64,000 bases of DNA from Naegleria gruberi. Taxonomy: Eukaryota. The stretch is from NCBI GenBank assembly GCA_000004985.1, contig GG738923.1; one strand, 5' to 3'. Below, one piece after another: positions 22,875-34,175 of the stretch (position 1 is the first letter of the stretch; each line of letters begins with the position of its first letter). A program made the position numbers and the translations under genes. The notes below the pieces were generated by a model. That model saw nothing but the letters and a program-made list of their open reading frames with translations. It was not told the DNA's origin and made no database searches.

Positions 22875-23933
22875 GTGGTTTCGCTCCTCCAAATTTGTTC
22901 CCGAAAAATGTCCCAACTATTAATTAGCAAAGCTACATACGTTTGTAGAGCCAAACTAAACCAGCCTCAAGAACGTTCTGTTATTGAGCTGCAAACCTTT
23001 CCACATTTTCTCTTTAGCTTTGAAAACAATTTTTCTTCTCTAAAAACCATTAGGGTGAAACATTCCTTCACTATGAATAGAAGAGAGTTTGCTGAAAAAT
23101 TACGACCCTTACTGGTGTTCTGTGAGTTTTCTGAATTTGAAGAGACATACTATGATGAGGCTTTCAATAATTTAATGAGAAACAACTGTTGGATAAAGAA
23201 GGTAAAGAGAGAAAATGAGAGTTTTTACTCCATCAAATGCACTGAGGTAAATCCTCCACCATCTGACAATTCGAATGAGCCACATACAATAATTTATCCA
23301 GAGGTAATACTTTCCAGTAATCAAGAGGGAGGCGATAATTGGTCAAATGATGAACTAGTGCTTTATGGCATGTTGCAAATTTATTGTAACTTACCAGAGC
23401 AAGAAAGATATGAGCTAAAAATCCATCGAACAAAATTCAAATTCAAAAACAACCCCAATATTATGCTCAACTTGGATAGAGTAACATTCAAAGATGGAAA
23501 TGGGTGTGTTATTTATTCCATATATGGTGATACACCTTGTAGATTTTTCGAAAAAGGTATCTCAAGTGCAATTATTAGCCAAAAGAAACAATTCTCTTTT
23601 GGGGATGATATGAAACCTTGTCGAAGCAAAATCATCCAATACCTCTATGGAACTGAAAGTTTAAGGCCAGTTTATTCTCATTTACAAGAAAAAGGATATG
23701 TACTATCTTTGGACTATGTAACAATTTCATTATTCGAATACGAGGCACAAAGAATAAGACACAAGTGGGAAGAGTTCAATAAGAAATTCCCAAACGAAAA
23801 AAAGTCAGAGGAATTTATTAAATTTATGGAAGCAGCAGCTTTGGTTGGAAGAGCATCCATCACATATGAAGATGACGATGGAAATGAGAATCCTTACTAT
23901 TCAGATGATGAAGAGGAAGAAGAAAATTGTTGA
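22875..23933 (+). CDS. Hypothetical protein with an acidic C-terminus. The start is probably the ATG at 23074.
   Basis: ORF only. Confidence 0.4.
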   Translation: MVSLLQICSRKMSQLLISKATYVCRAKLNQPQERSVIELQTFPHFLFSFENNFSSLKTIRVKHSFTMNRREFAEKLRPLLVFCEFSEFEETYYDEAFNNLMRNNCWIKKVKRENESFYSIKCTEVNPPPSDNSNEPHTIIYPEVILSSNQEGGDNWSNDELVLYGMLQIYCNLPEQERYELKIHRTKFKFKNNPNIMLNLDRVTFKDGNGCVIYSIYGDTPCRFFEKGISSAIISQKKQFSFGDDMKPCRSKIIQYLYGTESLRPVYSHLQEKGYVLSLDYVTISLFEYEAQRIRHKWEEFNKKFPNEKKSEEFIKFMEAAALVGRASITYEDDDGNENPYYSDDEEEEENC

Positions 23934-24184
23934 GAAAAAACTCTGTAAATTTTGCACATTTAATCATCAACATGTACATACACATGCAAATTAGATATAA
24001 CCTTTAACATCAATTTAAACAAATTACTTGAGACTGGCTCTTTAACGATTGAAGATGATCACTCTGAGAGCTATGTTTTTCATCAAATATTACTAATAAA
24101 TTGACTCATTTGGATCTGATCTGTCCTTATTAACCCTCCGTTAGATTTATATACGTGAAATATTTATTTTCAAAATGAGTGTAA

Positions 24185-24258
24185 GCCGTCATAGCTCAGT
24201 TGGATAGAGCACAGGACTTCTAATCCTGGGGTCGTGGGTTCGAGCCCCATTGTCGGTA
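24185..24258 (+). tRNA. tRNA-Arg (anticodon UCU), copy 1
   Basis: D-arm GCTCAGTTGGATAGAGC, anticodon loop CTTCTAA and T-arm GTGGGTTCGAGCCCCAT. The acceptor stem has one U-U mismatch. Confidence 0.8.
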
Positions 24259-24346
24259 AATCTGTTTATTTTGTTTCACATTTGAAATTAATACTGGTGC
24301 GCTTGTTGCATTTAATAAATTTTATTAATTTTTCAATCATTTAACG

Positions 24347-25660
24347 TCAGTCAGGTCTGATAAATCCTAAAGCGAACTCTGATCTATTAGATATTGGATA
24401 AGCGACACAATGCCCTTCCTGAATAATTTGTTTAAAATTTTGCATTGTTTCTGCCCTAAAGACATGCTTTTTACATTTTGTACAAAATCTCTTTTCATCA
24501 GCATAGTCAATTCGTTCCAATTCAGAATATTTCATAGGGCACTCGAAAATCCATTCACAATTTTCTATAAATGATTCTTGTTTTTTTACAGAAAAGGATG
24601 GTTTAGGAATTTTAAATTTTTCATCTGTTTTTGGATCTATTGTTCTCAAAATTTCTCTCACAAGTGGTAAACTTGTTGGTGAATGAATTTGTAAATGTTG
24701 AATTCTTCGTTTCATAACAATCATCCAATTTTTCACATTCAAACTCTGTTGAAATCGTGGGAAATAGAACAACACCATTGGTTTCCAAATTGTATTTTGA
24801 ATCAAATCAACATGATACTCGTCTGGATTCTTTTTGAAATGTTCCTCATCGAGAAATGATCGATACATGCCTTTGAAGGTCATTGACAAGTAGAACAACT
24901 CCTTGAGTGTTAGATAGGAAGCAACTATGGCAGTAACTTCAATTATTGTCTCTCCATTTCTAAATAAAATTCCAATATCTTTGTAAACATTTGGCGTATT
25001 TTCAATAATTGATATTACAATATTATTATCTTCAGTCAATTCAGCTGAATCTGCAAATCCACATTTAAAACTTCTCAAATGTTGGTAATCTGAAATAATT
25101 TCTCCATTTAATACATTTGCCAATTTCTCCAAATCTTGTCTGCTAATTCCTTCTTGGTAAATTATCCCAAATTTATCAAATAATTTTGAAACTAGTTGTT
25201 CATTTTCAAATAGAGAAATAACCATCTTACATCCCATCTCATTAATGATTTTTCCTATTGTAATATTATTTCTTCTTTGTTCTCTAATAGCAGCATCTAT
25301 TGCTGTATAATCCGATCCATAAATCTCCAATGAGGTTAAGGTTGGGAATTTAAAGTCAATTAATGCAACTGACACTTTTTCAATTCGTTTTCGTTTCGTA
25401 TTTGAAGACTTGTTTCTATTAACAATTTCAATTTGATTACAAAAAGTTGTTTTGAAAGAACTGGTTGCATAGAAAAACTTCAATTCATAACTTGGAACAC
25501 TAGTTTCTAATAGATGAATATTGACATTCCCATTTGATGATGTTATTTCAATGGATTGAATTTCTTCTTTAAAGTTGAACAACTCAATCAATTTTCTCTT
25601 CAATTCTTGAAACTTGTCAGGATCTACGCTGATAACACCTGGTGGTTGATCTTTTTCCAT
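24347..25660 (-). CDS. Hypothetical protein with a C-terminal Cys/His cluster. It may be the 3' exon of the upstream F-box/LRR gene.
   Basis: The ATG at 25660 is in an 'aaaaaaaaATG' context. A 61-nt intron (GTAATT...TATCAG) would alternatively fuse it in frame to 25686..27155. Confidence 0.45.
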   Translation of the reverse strand: MEKDQPPGVISVDPDKFQELKRKLIELFNFKEEIQSIEITSSNGNVNIHLLETSVPSYELKFFYATSSFKTTFCNQIEIVNRNKSSNTKRKRIEKVSVALIDFKFPTLTSLEIYGSDYTAIDAAIREQRRNNITIGKIINEMGCKMVISLFENEQLVSKLFDKFGIIYQEGISRQDLEKLANVLNGEIISDYQHLRSFKCGFADSAELTEDNNIVISIIENTPNVYKDIGILFRNGETIIEVTAIVASYLTLKELFYLSMTFKGMYRSFLDEEHFKKNPDEYHVDLIQNTIWKPMVLFYFPRFQQSLNVKNWMIVMKRRIQHLQIHSPTSLPLVREILRTIDPKTDEKFKIPKPSFSVKKQESFIENCEWIFECPMKYSELERIDYADEKRFCTKCKKHVFRAETMQNFKQIIQEGHCVAYPISNRSEFALGFIRPD

Positions 25661-25685
25661 TTTTTTTAAATCTATTTCGGAAGAA

Positions 25686-27155
25686 TTACCGATCAAATAC
25701 TTGTTTTTTCTTTTTTGAAAATGAGAGAGTTTGTTGGCCTCTATCTAATCTTTTTAAATTGGAGTTGTTTTCTTTCCTTTTGTGCACCATTTTTGGAAAA
25801 TCAACCAAGTTTACCAATTGGTCATTCATTTTCCACTTATTAATATATTTCTCAATCTTTTCATTCTCATAGTCAAGTTTAAAAACTAAGGATCTAATGG
25901 TGTTTGATAATTGTGAAGACGCAATGTGGTCTATTGCACGGAGTGAGAACATTTCACTTTTAAAAGAAAGCTGTTCAAGTTTTTTCAAATAAGTGCAATT
26001 ACTAAGATATTCAATAGATAGATCAGTTACACTAGTTGACGATATATTTAAATAAGTGAGAGGGGATTCTCTTTCCAAATTTTCAACAAATCCTTTTGTA
26101 CTCTGGTCATCCAACATTGTTTCACTTACTTCTATTGATAAATATGTTAAATTTTTCAAATATTTTGCAATGGATTGAAGAGCATTCTTTGGAGAGTTAA
26201 TAAACAACTGAAGATGTGTCAAATTTGTTGAGAGACGACCTGAAAACATTTCATTCAAATCATCGAGAGTAAAATTAATCCCATGTAAACCTTTTTGTAT
26301 AGATATACTGGTCAAGCTTGTCAAATGTATACTTGTTCCTAACAATTTCATAGAATTCAAATCACTTGATGAAATATGATTCAATTTGATTTTTTCCACG
26401 TTTGACATATTCTCTGTATCAATATCTTTCAAATTTACCTTTCCATATCTTATTGATATTTCCTTCAGTTCTTTCATTTGCGTTATCAGCTTGAAACATT
26501 CTGGTGTGGTGTTTGCTACAGACATTTGTTGTAAATGTTTCATATTTTCATAAATTATTTGCATTTGTTCATAGTCTATTGTATTGAATACAGAAAACAC
26601 CTTCAATTTCCCCAATAATGGATTGCTAGCTACCTTTCCAATTCCACTCTTTGTAATATCAGACCAAATTGTCAATTTCTCCAGATTTCCAATATAAGGA
26701 CAAGCACTAATTGCCAAAGCAACATTATAATCGCACCCAACAACTTGATATCCTAAAAGAAACAAACTCAATTCGGTCAATTGCTCCAACTCTTTACATT
26801 TGAATAATTGACACAATTCATTAGAATAGTTCATTTGTGATTTTCTAGATTCAATTTTTAAAACTTTCAAGCTTTTCATCTCTGATAAATTCTCACAAAA
26901 TTCCACCACACATGATTCATCTTCAACGAGAAAAGAAAGTGATTGAATATTTTTCAATATGAATGATGATGATCGGAATAAAGAAACAAGAATTGAATCT
27001 CTGATTTGGATCATGTCATACAATTTACATTTAATCACCTCGGATCGCCATAGCTTGGACACCATTGAACAATTGATAATTATTTGTTTCCATGGGAGAA
27101 ATTGCATTATTTGAAAGCAAACATCTGCTGGAATGAACACCTCTTGTTGTGTCAT
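25686..27155 (-). CDS. F-box/LRR-repeat protein
   Basis: N-terminal F-box (CFQIMQFLPWKQIIINCSMVSKLWRSEV) followed by Leu-rich repeats. Confidence 0.65.
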   Translation of the reverse strand: MTQQEVFIPADVCFQIMQFLPWKQIIINCSMVSKLWRSEVIKCKLYDMIQIRDSILVSLFRSSSFILKNIQSLSFLVEDESCVVEFCENLSEMKSLKVLKIESRKSQMNYSNELCQLFKCKELEQLTELSLFLLGYQVVGCDYNVALAISACPYIGNLEKLTIWSDITKSGIGKVASNPLLGKLKVFSVFNTIDYEQMQIIYENMKHLQQMSVANTTPECFKLITQMKELKEISIRYGKVNLKDIDTENMSNVEKIKLNHISSSDLNSMKLLGTSIHLTSLTSISIQKGLHGINFTLDDLNEMFSGRLSTNLTHLQLFINSPKNALQSIAKYLKNLTYLSIEVSETMLDDQSTKGFVENLERESPLTYLNISSTSVTDLSIEYLSNCTYLKKLEQLSFKSEMFSLRAIDHIASSQLSNTIRSLVFKLDYENEKIEKYINKWKMNDQLVNLVDFPKMVHKRKENNSNLKRLDRGQQTLSFSKKKKQVFDR

Positions 27156-27253
27156 TTTTTAAAGATAATTTTCTCAGTTTACAAAGGAATGATCTGATAT
27201 TTCAGACTTTAAAGAAAATTAAAAAGAGAACATCAGTACTTGTAAGCTAAAAT

Positions 27254-27344
27254 TGATGAGTGTGGGATTTGAACCCACGCCCTTGCGGAACACGGTATTA
27301 ATCATACCTTAACGTGTCGTCTTAGACCACTCGACCAACTCACC
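27254..27344 (-). tRNA. tRNA-Leu (anticodon AAG), type II, with an 11-nt intron after position 37
   Basis: Acceptor stem GGTGAGT/ACTCATC, D-arm GGTCGAGTGGTCTAAGAC, anticodon stem ACACG/CGTGT flanking TTAAGG[TATGATTAATA]C, a long variable arm and T-arm GTGGGTTCAAATCCCAC. Confidence 0.7.
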
Positions 27345-27427
27345 ATCTGAAAATTAATACACTGTTCTGATTTTAGGAAACATCTGAGTTATTGGCGATA
27401 AATACAAATTCGAACAATAAAAAGATT

Positions 27428-27501
27428 TACCGACAATGGGGCTCGAACCCACGACCCCAGGATTAGAAGTCCTGTGCTCTATCCAACTGAGCTATGACGG
27501 C
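27428..27501 (-). tRNA. tRNA-Arg (anticodon UCU), copy 2, inverted relative to copy 1
   Basis: Exact reverse complement of the 24185 copy, including its flanks. Confidence 0.8.
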
Positions 27502-27874
27502 TTACGTTCGTGGTGAAAAATAAATGTTTCTTTTTGATATTGTACATAGGAAGTTTCTAAGAATTCCTTAATATTATGAACTCTCAATGACCATCTCTCA
27601 GGAAAGATGAGTACGTGAATTTTCAACAGCAGTAACATGAAGCATCATATGAGTAGCTTCAAATTACGACAAAGCAATTATTATCCCGGAGTATCTTGTC
27701 TCCGTAACAATCATCATTAACATTGTGGACCATTGGTTCTGGATGATATTTGAAATAACCATCTTGTGGAGAAAAGATAATGAAAGGTACAAAAAAGGAA
27801 TGAATTCGGAAGGATAGCTACAATTCATTCTCTCCAACAATTTTGTGAATCATTGTTTTGAACTTTAATAAAAA

Positions 27875-28453
27875 ATGGCGCAAGATCAACAACCAACACT
27901 TCAAAATCAAAAAACTCCAACAGCACAGCAACACAAGCAATACATTATTACCAAAATATTAGTAGCATTTGTGGCCTTGCTTCATGTTTTCTTTCTAATT
28001 TTGGAAATGTTTTTATGGACTACACCTTTTGGACGTCAAATATCTGGTTTTCCAGAGGCATTTGCACAAATGACACAGGTATTAGCTGCCAATCAAGGTC
28101 TATATAATGGATTTTTGGCCATGGGATTGATTTGGTCAATTTTTTCAAAACAGTTTTACTTTGAATTGCAATTGTTTTTCCTCGGATGTATTGTGATTGC
28201 TGGAATATTTGGAGCTGCAACTGGAAGTATTGCAATTTTAGGAATTCAAGCTGCACCTGCACTTGTTGTGTTGCATGTGGTGTTATTGGAGAGATTTCTG
28301 TTGCCTTTCCTTAAGAAAAGATGGGCATTGAGAAGGGAACAAAGAATGGCTAAGATTGGAGATGAGAATTCAAATATGAGTCTTTTAAGTTCAACAGATA
28401 CACAAGGAGTTGAATATCAGCAATATAATGTTCAACAGGAAGCCATTATTTAA
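27875..28453 (+). CDS. Small four-TM membrane protein
   Basis: ORF with four hydrophobic helices. Confidence 0.5.
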   Translation: MAQDQQPTLQNQKTPTAQQHKQYIITKILVAFVALLHVFFLILEMFLWTTPFGRQISGFPEAFAQMTQVLAANQGLYNGFLAMGLIWSIFSKQFYFELQLFFLGCIVIAGIFGAATGSIAILGIQAAPALVVLHVVLLERFLLPFLKKRWALRREQRMAKIGDENSNMSLLSSTDTQGVEYQQYNVQQEAII

Positions 28454-28668
28454 TAAAAATTGTAATGTAAATCAATATTGAATATTCAAAATTAGAAACA
28501 AGGATACCAAACTCTGTAATTGCCCAAACTGGAAATTGAAAGAAATTTCACATTGGCACTTGGGTTATTAATTTTTTAAGATCTGCCATTTGATATCAGG
28601 GATTGAACTTGTAAATACCCTCCTAGTAGGAATTACAATAGGAAACTATTCCATGCTTTTACAAAAAA

Positions 28669-29703
28669 ATGAAACAACTTAATGAGGACGAATTATTGTT
28701 AATTTTTTCATATTTAAATTTTTCAGAGGTTTTAAATGTTTCGTTAATGAAAAATCGGAAAGTGTACAATTTGATTGGATCTTGTCGCGCGTGGAGGGAA
28801 ATGTATTTAGATTGTATATCTATTATTCAGGAATTTAAAAAGTTTGATGAAAGATGTTGTTGTTCCGAGGAGGCTGGAAAACTTGCTCTTTCCTCTGATT
28901 TTAGAAAATTATATTTTGAACAGATGAGAGAATATTATTTACGTTCGGATATGAATGAACAAGCACTTGTGGAGAGAATTGAAGAATTGGAATCGAACAG
29001 GAAATCTTCATCAACAACTGTTTTTAGAGAATATCATGAATTATTGAAAGATTATCCAAATATCAAAAGTAATGACTTGTATGTTAAATTTATGGTGGTT
29101 GGAAGTAGTTGTGGAAAGACTTCTTTTTTGTATCATTTGAGTTTGGGACTGCATCCTCCTTATTCGAATGTTGCTTCTAATTTGCAATACTTACCAAGTA
29201 TTCATGATGGATATTCCACAAATTTGATATTTGGATCTTCTTTTTGTAATATTGGATTTTGGGATACATCGGGAAAATCAGAATATAAAACACTTAGACC
29301 ATTGAGCTATCCAGGGACAGATGTGTGTTTTCTTTGCTTTGACTGCATGAGCTATGATTCATTGGATTTAGCGATTAATACATTTTTGGAGGAATTAACA
29401 AGTCATATGAAACAAGAAGGGAAAACTTTTCCTATTGCTTTGCTTTCAACAAAGCATGATTTGCAGCAAGATAGAAAGGAAGTATTGAAATTACTAATTT
29501 CAAAACAACAAAAACCAATTAATAGTCAACTTGGAGAAAGAATAGCAAAAGCAATCGGATGTGTAACCTATTTGGAATCCATTCTTCTTCCATCTAAAGA
29601 TTACTTTAAGATAATTTTCAATATTTCAAGAATTGAGAAACTTCCAGTAACAACAGAAAAGCAATCCTTGCTACAGAAACTAGGTAGATTTTTCAAAAAG
29701 TAA
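28669..29703 (+). CDS. F-box plus Rho/Ras-like GTPase fusion protein, paralog of 6760..7986
   Basis: F-box (LLLIFSYLNFSEVLNVSLMKNRKVYNL). GTPase motifs G1 (GSSCGKTS), G3 (WDTSGKSEYKTLRPLSYPG) and G4 (TKHD). Confidence 0.7.
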   Translation: MKQLNEDELLLIFSYLNFSEVLNVSLMKNRKVYNLIGSCRAWREMYLDCISIIQEFKKFDERCCCSEEAGKLALSSDFRKLYFEQMREYYLRSDMNEQALVERIEELESNRKSSSTTVFREYHELLKDYPNIKSNDLYVKFMVVGSSCGKTSFLYHLSLGLHPPYSNVASNLQYLPSIHDGYSTNLIFGSSFCNIGFWDTSGKSEYKTLRPLSYPGTDVCFLCFDCMSYDSLDLAINTFLEELTSHMKQEGKTFPIALLSTKHDLQQDRKEVLKLLISKQQKPINSQLGERIAKAIGCVTYLESILLPSKDYFKIIFNISRIEKLPVTTEKQSLLQKLGRFFKK

Positions 29704-29723
29704 CATTATTAATTATTATTGGT

Positions 29724-32700
29724 TTACAATTCAATAGTTGAAAGAACAGTTCCTGGAGAAATCAACTCTTTACAATCCTCTTCTCTATCTTCAAAAAGTA
29801 AATCGGTTGGAGAGTTGACCATAGGGGAGTCCATATTTGGAGATCCAATGCTCTCTGTTTTGAAAATAGTAGCAACATTAGAAATTGGTTTCTCTCCCAA
29901 GGCAGTAATAGTCCATTCATGATTATAGATTGGATCATTGCATTTGTGTTTTTGGAGAAGCTTTTTGAAATTCTTACGTTTTCCACACAAGAATAAAATA
30001 TCACTCGCTTCAACTTTTCCAGTTCCGACAGGATTAGTGTAGACATATCTGTATAGTTTGTCATATCTGTATCTACTGACACCCAATAGAATGAGATCTT
30101 TTTCAAAGCAAGCATCAACAAGCTCTGAAACTGGTAAATTAACAAAAACTGTTGGAACGGGAACTTCAAAGATTATAGATTGAGATTCTGTAGCTGAAAA
30201 CTCATCAGCAAGCATTTGGTCCACCAAATCAACAACTCTTCTATTATGGAAGGATTGTGCCAACAGCTTACTAAGGAAGGAAGAACTTGGGAAAATCTTT
30301 CCAGAAATATAAAAATCAGAAAACAAACAGAATTGATCAAAATCATCGATATCATAATCTAATACTTGCTTTTCTCTTAACAATCTCACCTTTTGATAAG
30401 TTGGAATACCTTCGTGTTGGAAAAACTTCAAATTGGATCTGTTTACCAATTCGAGAAGGTACTTCTTTCGAGGATCAATTACAGCCATACCCAAAGCCAA
30501 TTTGATTGCTTCAGAATCGATTGTGTACTCATTTTCGAAAGAACCAACTTCATCCTCATCACCATCATTTCCTGTATTCATCAACGAGGCATCTTGGGTA
30601 AAGTACATGACAGTTTGGGCAGATGAGAAACCAGCTCTTCTCAAATCATGAGATTTGATTGGATTACCAGAAATAAAATAGACATCTTTGAAATATTTCA
30701 ATCTTTCGTAGAGAGAGTTGAAATACTTGTCAACAAGGTGGGTCATGAATACTATTGGAGTGTTTCTATTTCTTCTCTGAATTGATCTAACCAATGAACA
30801 AATAATTAATGGTTGTTGGAATTCTCCTAGAACAAGGATATGATCTTTCAATTCAAATGGAACTTTGAAACTTGAAATGAGGAATTGTTGTTTAGTTCTT
30901 GGAGTTCTTGTCATGCTATAGCTAGCAATAATGGAATTGTAGAATTCATCTTCCTTTTCTTTCCTTTCTTGCTCTGATTGTATTTCTCTTATTTGTCTCA
31001 GCTGACTTCTCATTTCTGCAAAGCAAGGTTCAGTAGCGATGAGTTTGAGTAAAATTTCCAAGTGAAGATTATTCATTTCTTCCTGTTGTTCAGTTTCAAT
31101 TTCATCACTCAACAGATAGATGTCAGCATTATGACCTCCAACAGAGTATGTCAATCCATATCTGTTTGATTTTCTATTATCTTTCTTTTTCTTATTGTCC
31201 ACTTCATTTTCTTGTTTTTCTGTAATCTTTAATATTTCGATTTGACCTTTGGTGAGCTCTTCGTGTGACTGTTCTCCAGCATTCTTCAAGTATTCTTCGA
31301 ATCTAGATTCAAAGTACTCGATTTCAATAGCATCTTCCTTTGTTTTTTCTACACCATAGTCCATTCTTGAACTTTTCCTGGAAATGTATTGATCCTTGTC
31401 TCCTGTTTGAGTGAATGTTTGAACCTGTTCAGCATGCTCAATGCTCTTAGCAATACAGAAGCATTTATCACCATCCTTGATGAGGTATCGAGATGGATTG
31501 AGGAATATTCTTCCCTGCTTATCTTCTAAAGCATAGGCAGCAATTTCGCATTTCTTGAGCAAGGTTCTAGCAGCATCAACGAATAAACTTCCAACAAATG
31601 CCTTACTGAACTTTACACGATAAATTTCACAATTCAAACCCTCTGAATATTCCACAATCCACTTGATATCATTTTCAATTGATGTAGTATTCTTTCCGGA
31701 TTGCATGTCAAACTTGTGGTGGTCTCCTGTGAGTAATCCCTTAGGAATCTTGTCCATTTCAATATCAACATCAGCACCACTCAACAAGTTGAACAAAAAA
31801 GAACACAAGCCACCAGAGCTTGAAGAGCCTGAAAGAAGCTTTGTACAGAAAGACTCATTACAAATCACAACCTTGGCACCTGCCTTAATGGCGTAATGTT
31901 TGGATTCAATCAAGTTGATTTGGGCATAGACCTTCAAATTTTGATTAAAGTTTTTAAGAGCAATAGTGGTCATAATTACAGAAGTGTCTTCCTTTCTTGC
32001 ATTTCCCATTTTTGGACTGTTAAGTAAGAATACTGAATGGGCATCAGATATTTTGAGTAGTTTCATCATTTCATAGTCCATGATTTCTCCACACAAAACA
32101 TTAATATTATTTTTAAAGCTGGATTTTCTCAAACTCTCTTTTAGCAAGTCACAGAATTCTCTCTTCTTGAAGACCACTTGTTTTTTTGTAAATTCCACCA
32201 ATTGAAATAGAATAATACTTACATATAATCTTGGTTACACTCTTATTCTTGTATTGGAAACATTCCTTAATGAAATCGACAACTTCATCCACTCTACAAA
32301 CTCCCGTGACAATAGCATGATTTCTAAGCTTTGGATTTTTAGCTTGAAATATACTTCTTTCACTTGTCAAAATATCATAAATTCCAGAAATTTGAATTGG
32401 AATGGTAGTGATACCAATCAAGAAGAAAATTACGACGGCAAATCTTGCTGGAACAGTTGTTGGTGACTGCACAAAATAAACAAATCAATACAATGTTCAA
32501 ATACTTACAATATCACCATAACCAATTGTAGTCAAGGTGATGGCAATAAAATATAATGCATCATGGAAGTAAATCTTTCTGTTTCCGACTGTATTCTCCA
32601 ACCACTGAAATATTCCTGAAAAGAGAATCAACAAACAAGCAATCAATAATCCTAATTCCAAAACTTTTCCCACAACTGTATCTCCTCTATTACCAATTTT

Positions 32701-33534
32701 ACGAATGAGAGGAATCAATCTCAATAAACGAAGAACTCTAAATAATCCAATAATTGAGAACAATTTACCTTCATCGACATCGAGAGGTGAAAAAACAATA
32801 ATCACAATAATAAAAGTCGGCAACACTGTAATGTAATCTAATAAGGATAATGGTTGGATAAAGTATTTGAATCTGATATTTCATTTTCCATCAATCAGAC
32901 AACTCAAAGTGAATCTACTTACTTGTTCTTTGCAAAGAATAGTCCCACAAAGAATAAACCAATAAACAAGGCAGATAAAACTAAATCCAAAATCATTAAT
33001 GGTTGAAACACTTGATCAACATCTAATTGAATATAACTTGCAACGATATAATATACAACAGTCAATAAACAGAATACTGTCTGCATGCCTTCAGAGTTGA
33101 ACCTTGCTTCTTCATTGAATTCTTCCCATGACATATCGAATACATCTAGAAAATCCACTTTCTGAGAAATATTAGAAATCAACTATTCTAATATTACTTA
33201 CATCTTCCAATAATCTCTCTTTCAATGCGTCATCCATATTCTTCAAGAAACCAGCATTAGACTGATGATGATCCACATTAATAGTGTCACTTCTCTCCCT
33301 CGTTTTCTCAGCAAAAGTGACACCTTTGGAATGTTTATGAACATCATCCAATTCTACTTCAACTGCATCCACAGCCACCTCCATTTCATTATCATTCCTT
33401 ATTGTCATCTTGTTGGGTGAACTAGAATCATGTTGTTGTTGTATATGATGATTATTCATAGCACTCGACATTGTCTCCTCATCCAGCGACGAATTACTTG
33501 TAGTACTTCCATTATTTGGCTCCATTGGCAGCAA
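29724..33534 (-). CDS. Voltage-gated, RCK-domain (Slo/BK-like) potassium channel. Five exons: 33534..33202, 33161..32923, 32865..32509, 32466..32223 and 32176..29724.
   Basis: S4 helix (RVLRLLRLIPLIRK). The pore motif TIGYGDI is completed across intron 3 to give GYGDISPTT. A large C-terminal RCK-like domain follows. The introns are 40, 57, 42 and 46 nt (GTAAGT...CAG/AAG) and all preserve the frame. Confidence 0.75.
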
Positions 33535-34175
33535 CAGTGTTGTTGTTTGTTTTTTTCTTCTTGGTTTTCATGATCGCTCAATGATGATGATTGATAACAA
33601 ATTGGCACAAAATAGTTGTTCGTCCTTCCTAGTTGAGTTTTTTGAGGTTTTATCAGTGGGTTTCATTTTTTTATGAGGATGTAGAAAGAGCGGGAAAATT
33701 TGTTTGTTGCTTATTGGGGAGGATTAGTTGACCTATTAGAAGAATGTTCTGAAATGATGGTAATGGGATTGAGTTTTTTCATTGCACAACAAATTAATAG
33801 TATGAAGTTCACCCGTTTTGTGCTGCACAGCTTATCATTGGCTTTCTGAAAAATGTCAAATGATGTTAAGTCCACACCAGTATGCGATACTGGGGTCCGA
33901 GCCATACCAAATCATACCACTAGCTTGCTGTGCGTGGAATTACAATGCATCTATTGTAGTGGAATATTGTCGAAAAGTTGAAAATTTGTTTGAAAATGAA
34001 AAATGATTGAACAATTTTTTGTAAACCACTACAGAAATACCCAATTAATAGGCATTCGTAATAAAAATCTAGTATTTGTCATTGATTTTTACATGACACA
34101 ATAGTGTCAACGGAAGGGAATTATTAACTCCGAATTTTAAACATCCCTCCGATAAAGAAAAAAACTGTAAAAAAA

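Noticed and set aside
32149-33534. Four separate minus-strand ORFs, including one read as starting 'MLPTFII'
   Set aside because: They are exons 1-4 of the K+ channel. The apparent start codons are non-ATG artefacts of the ORF track.
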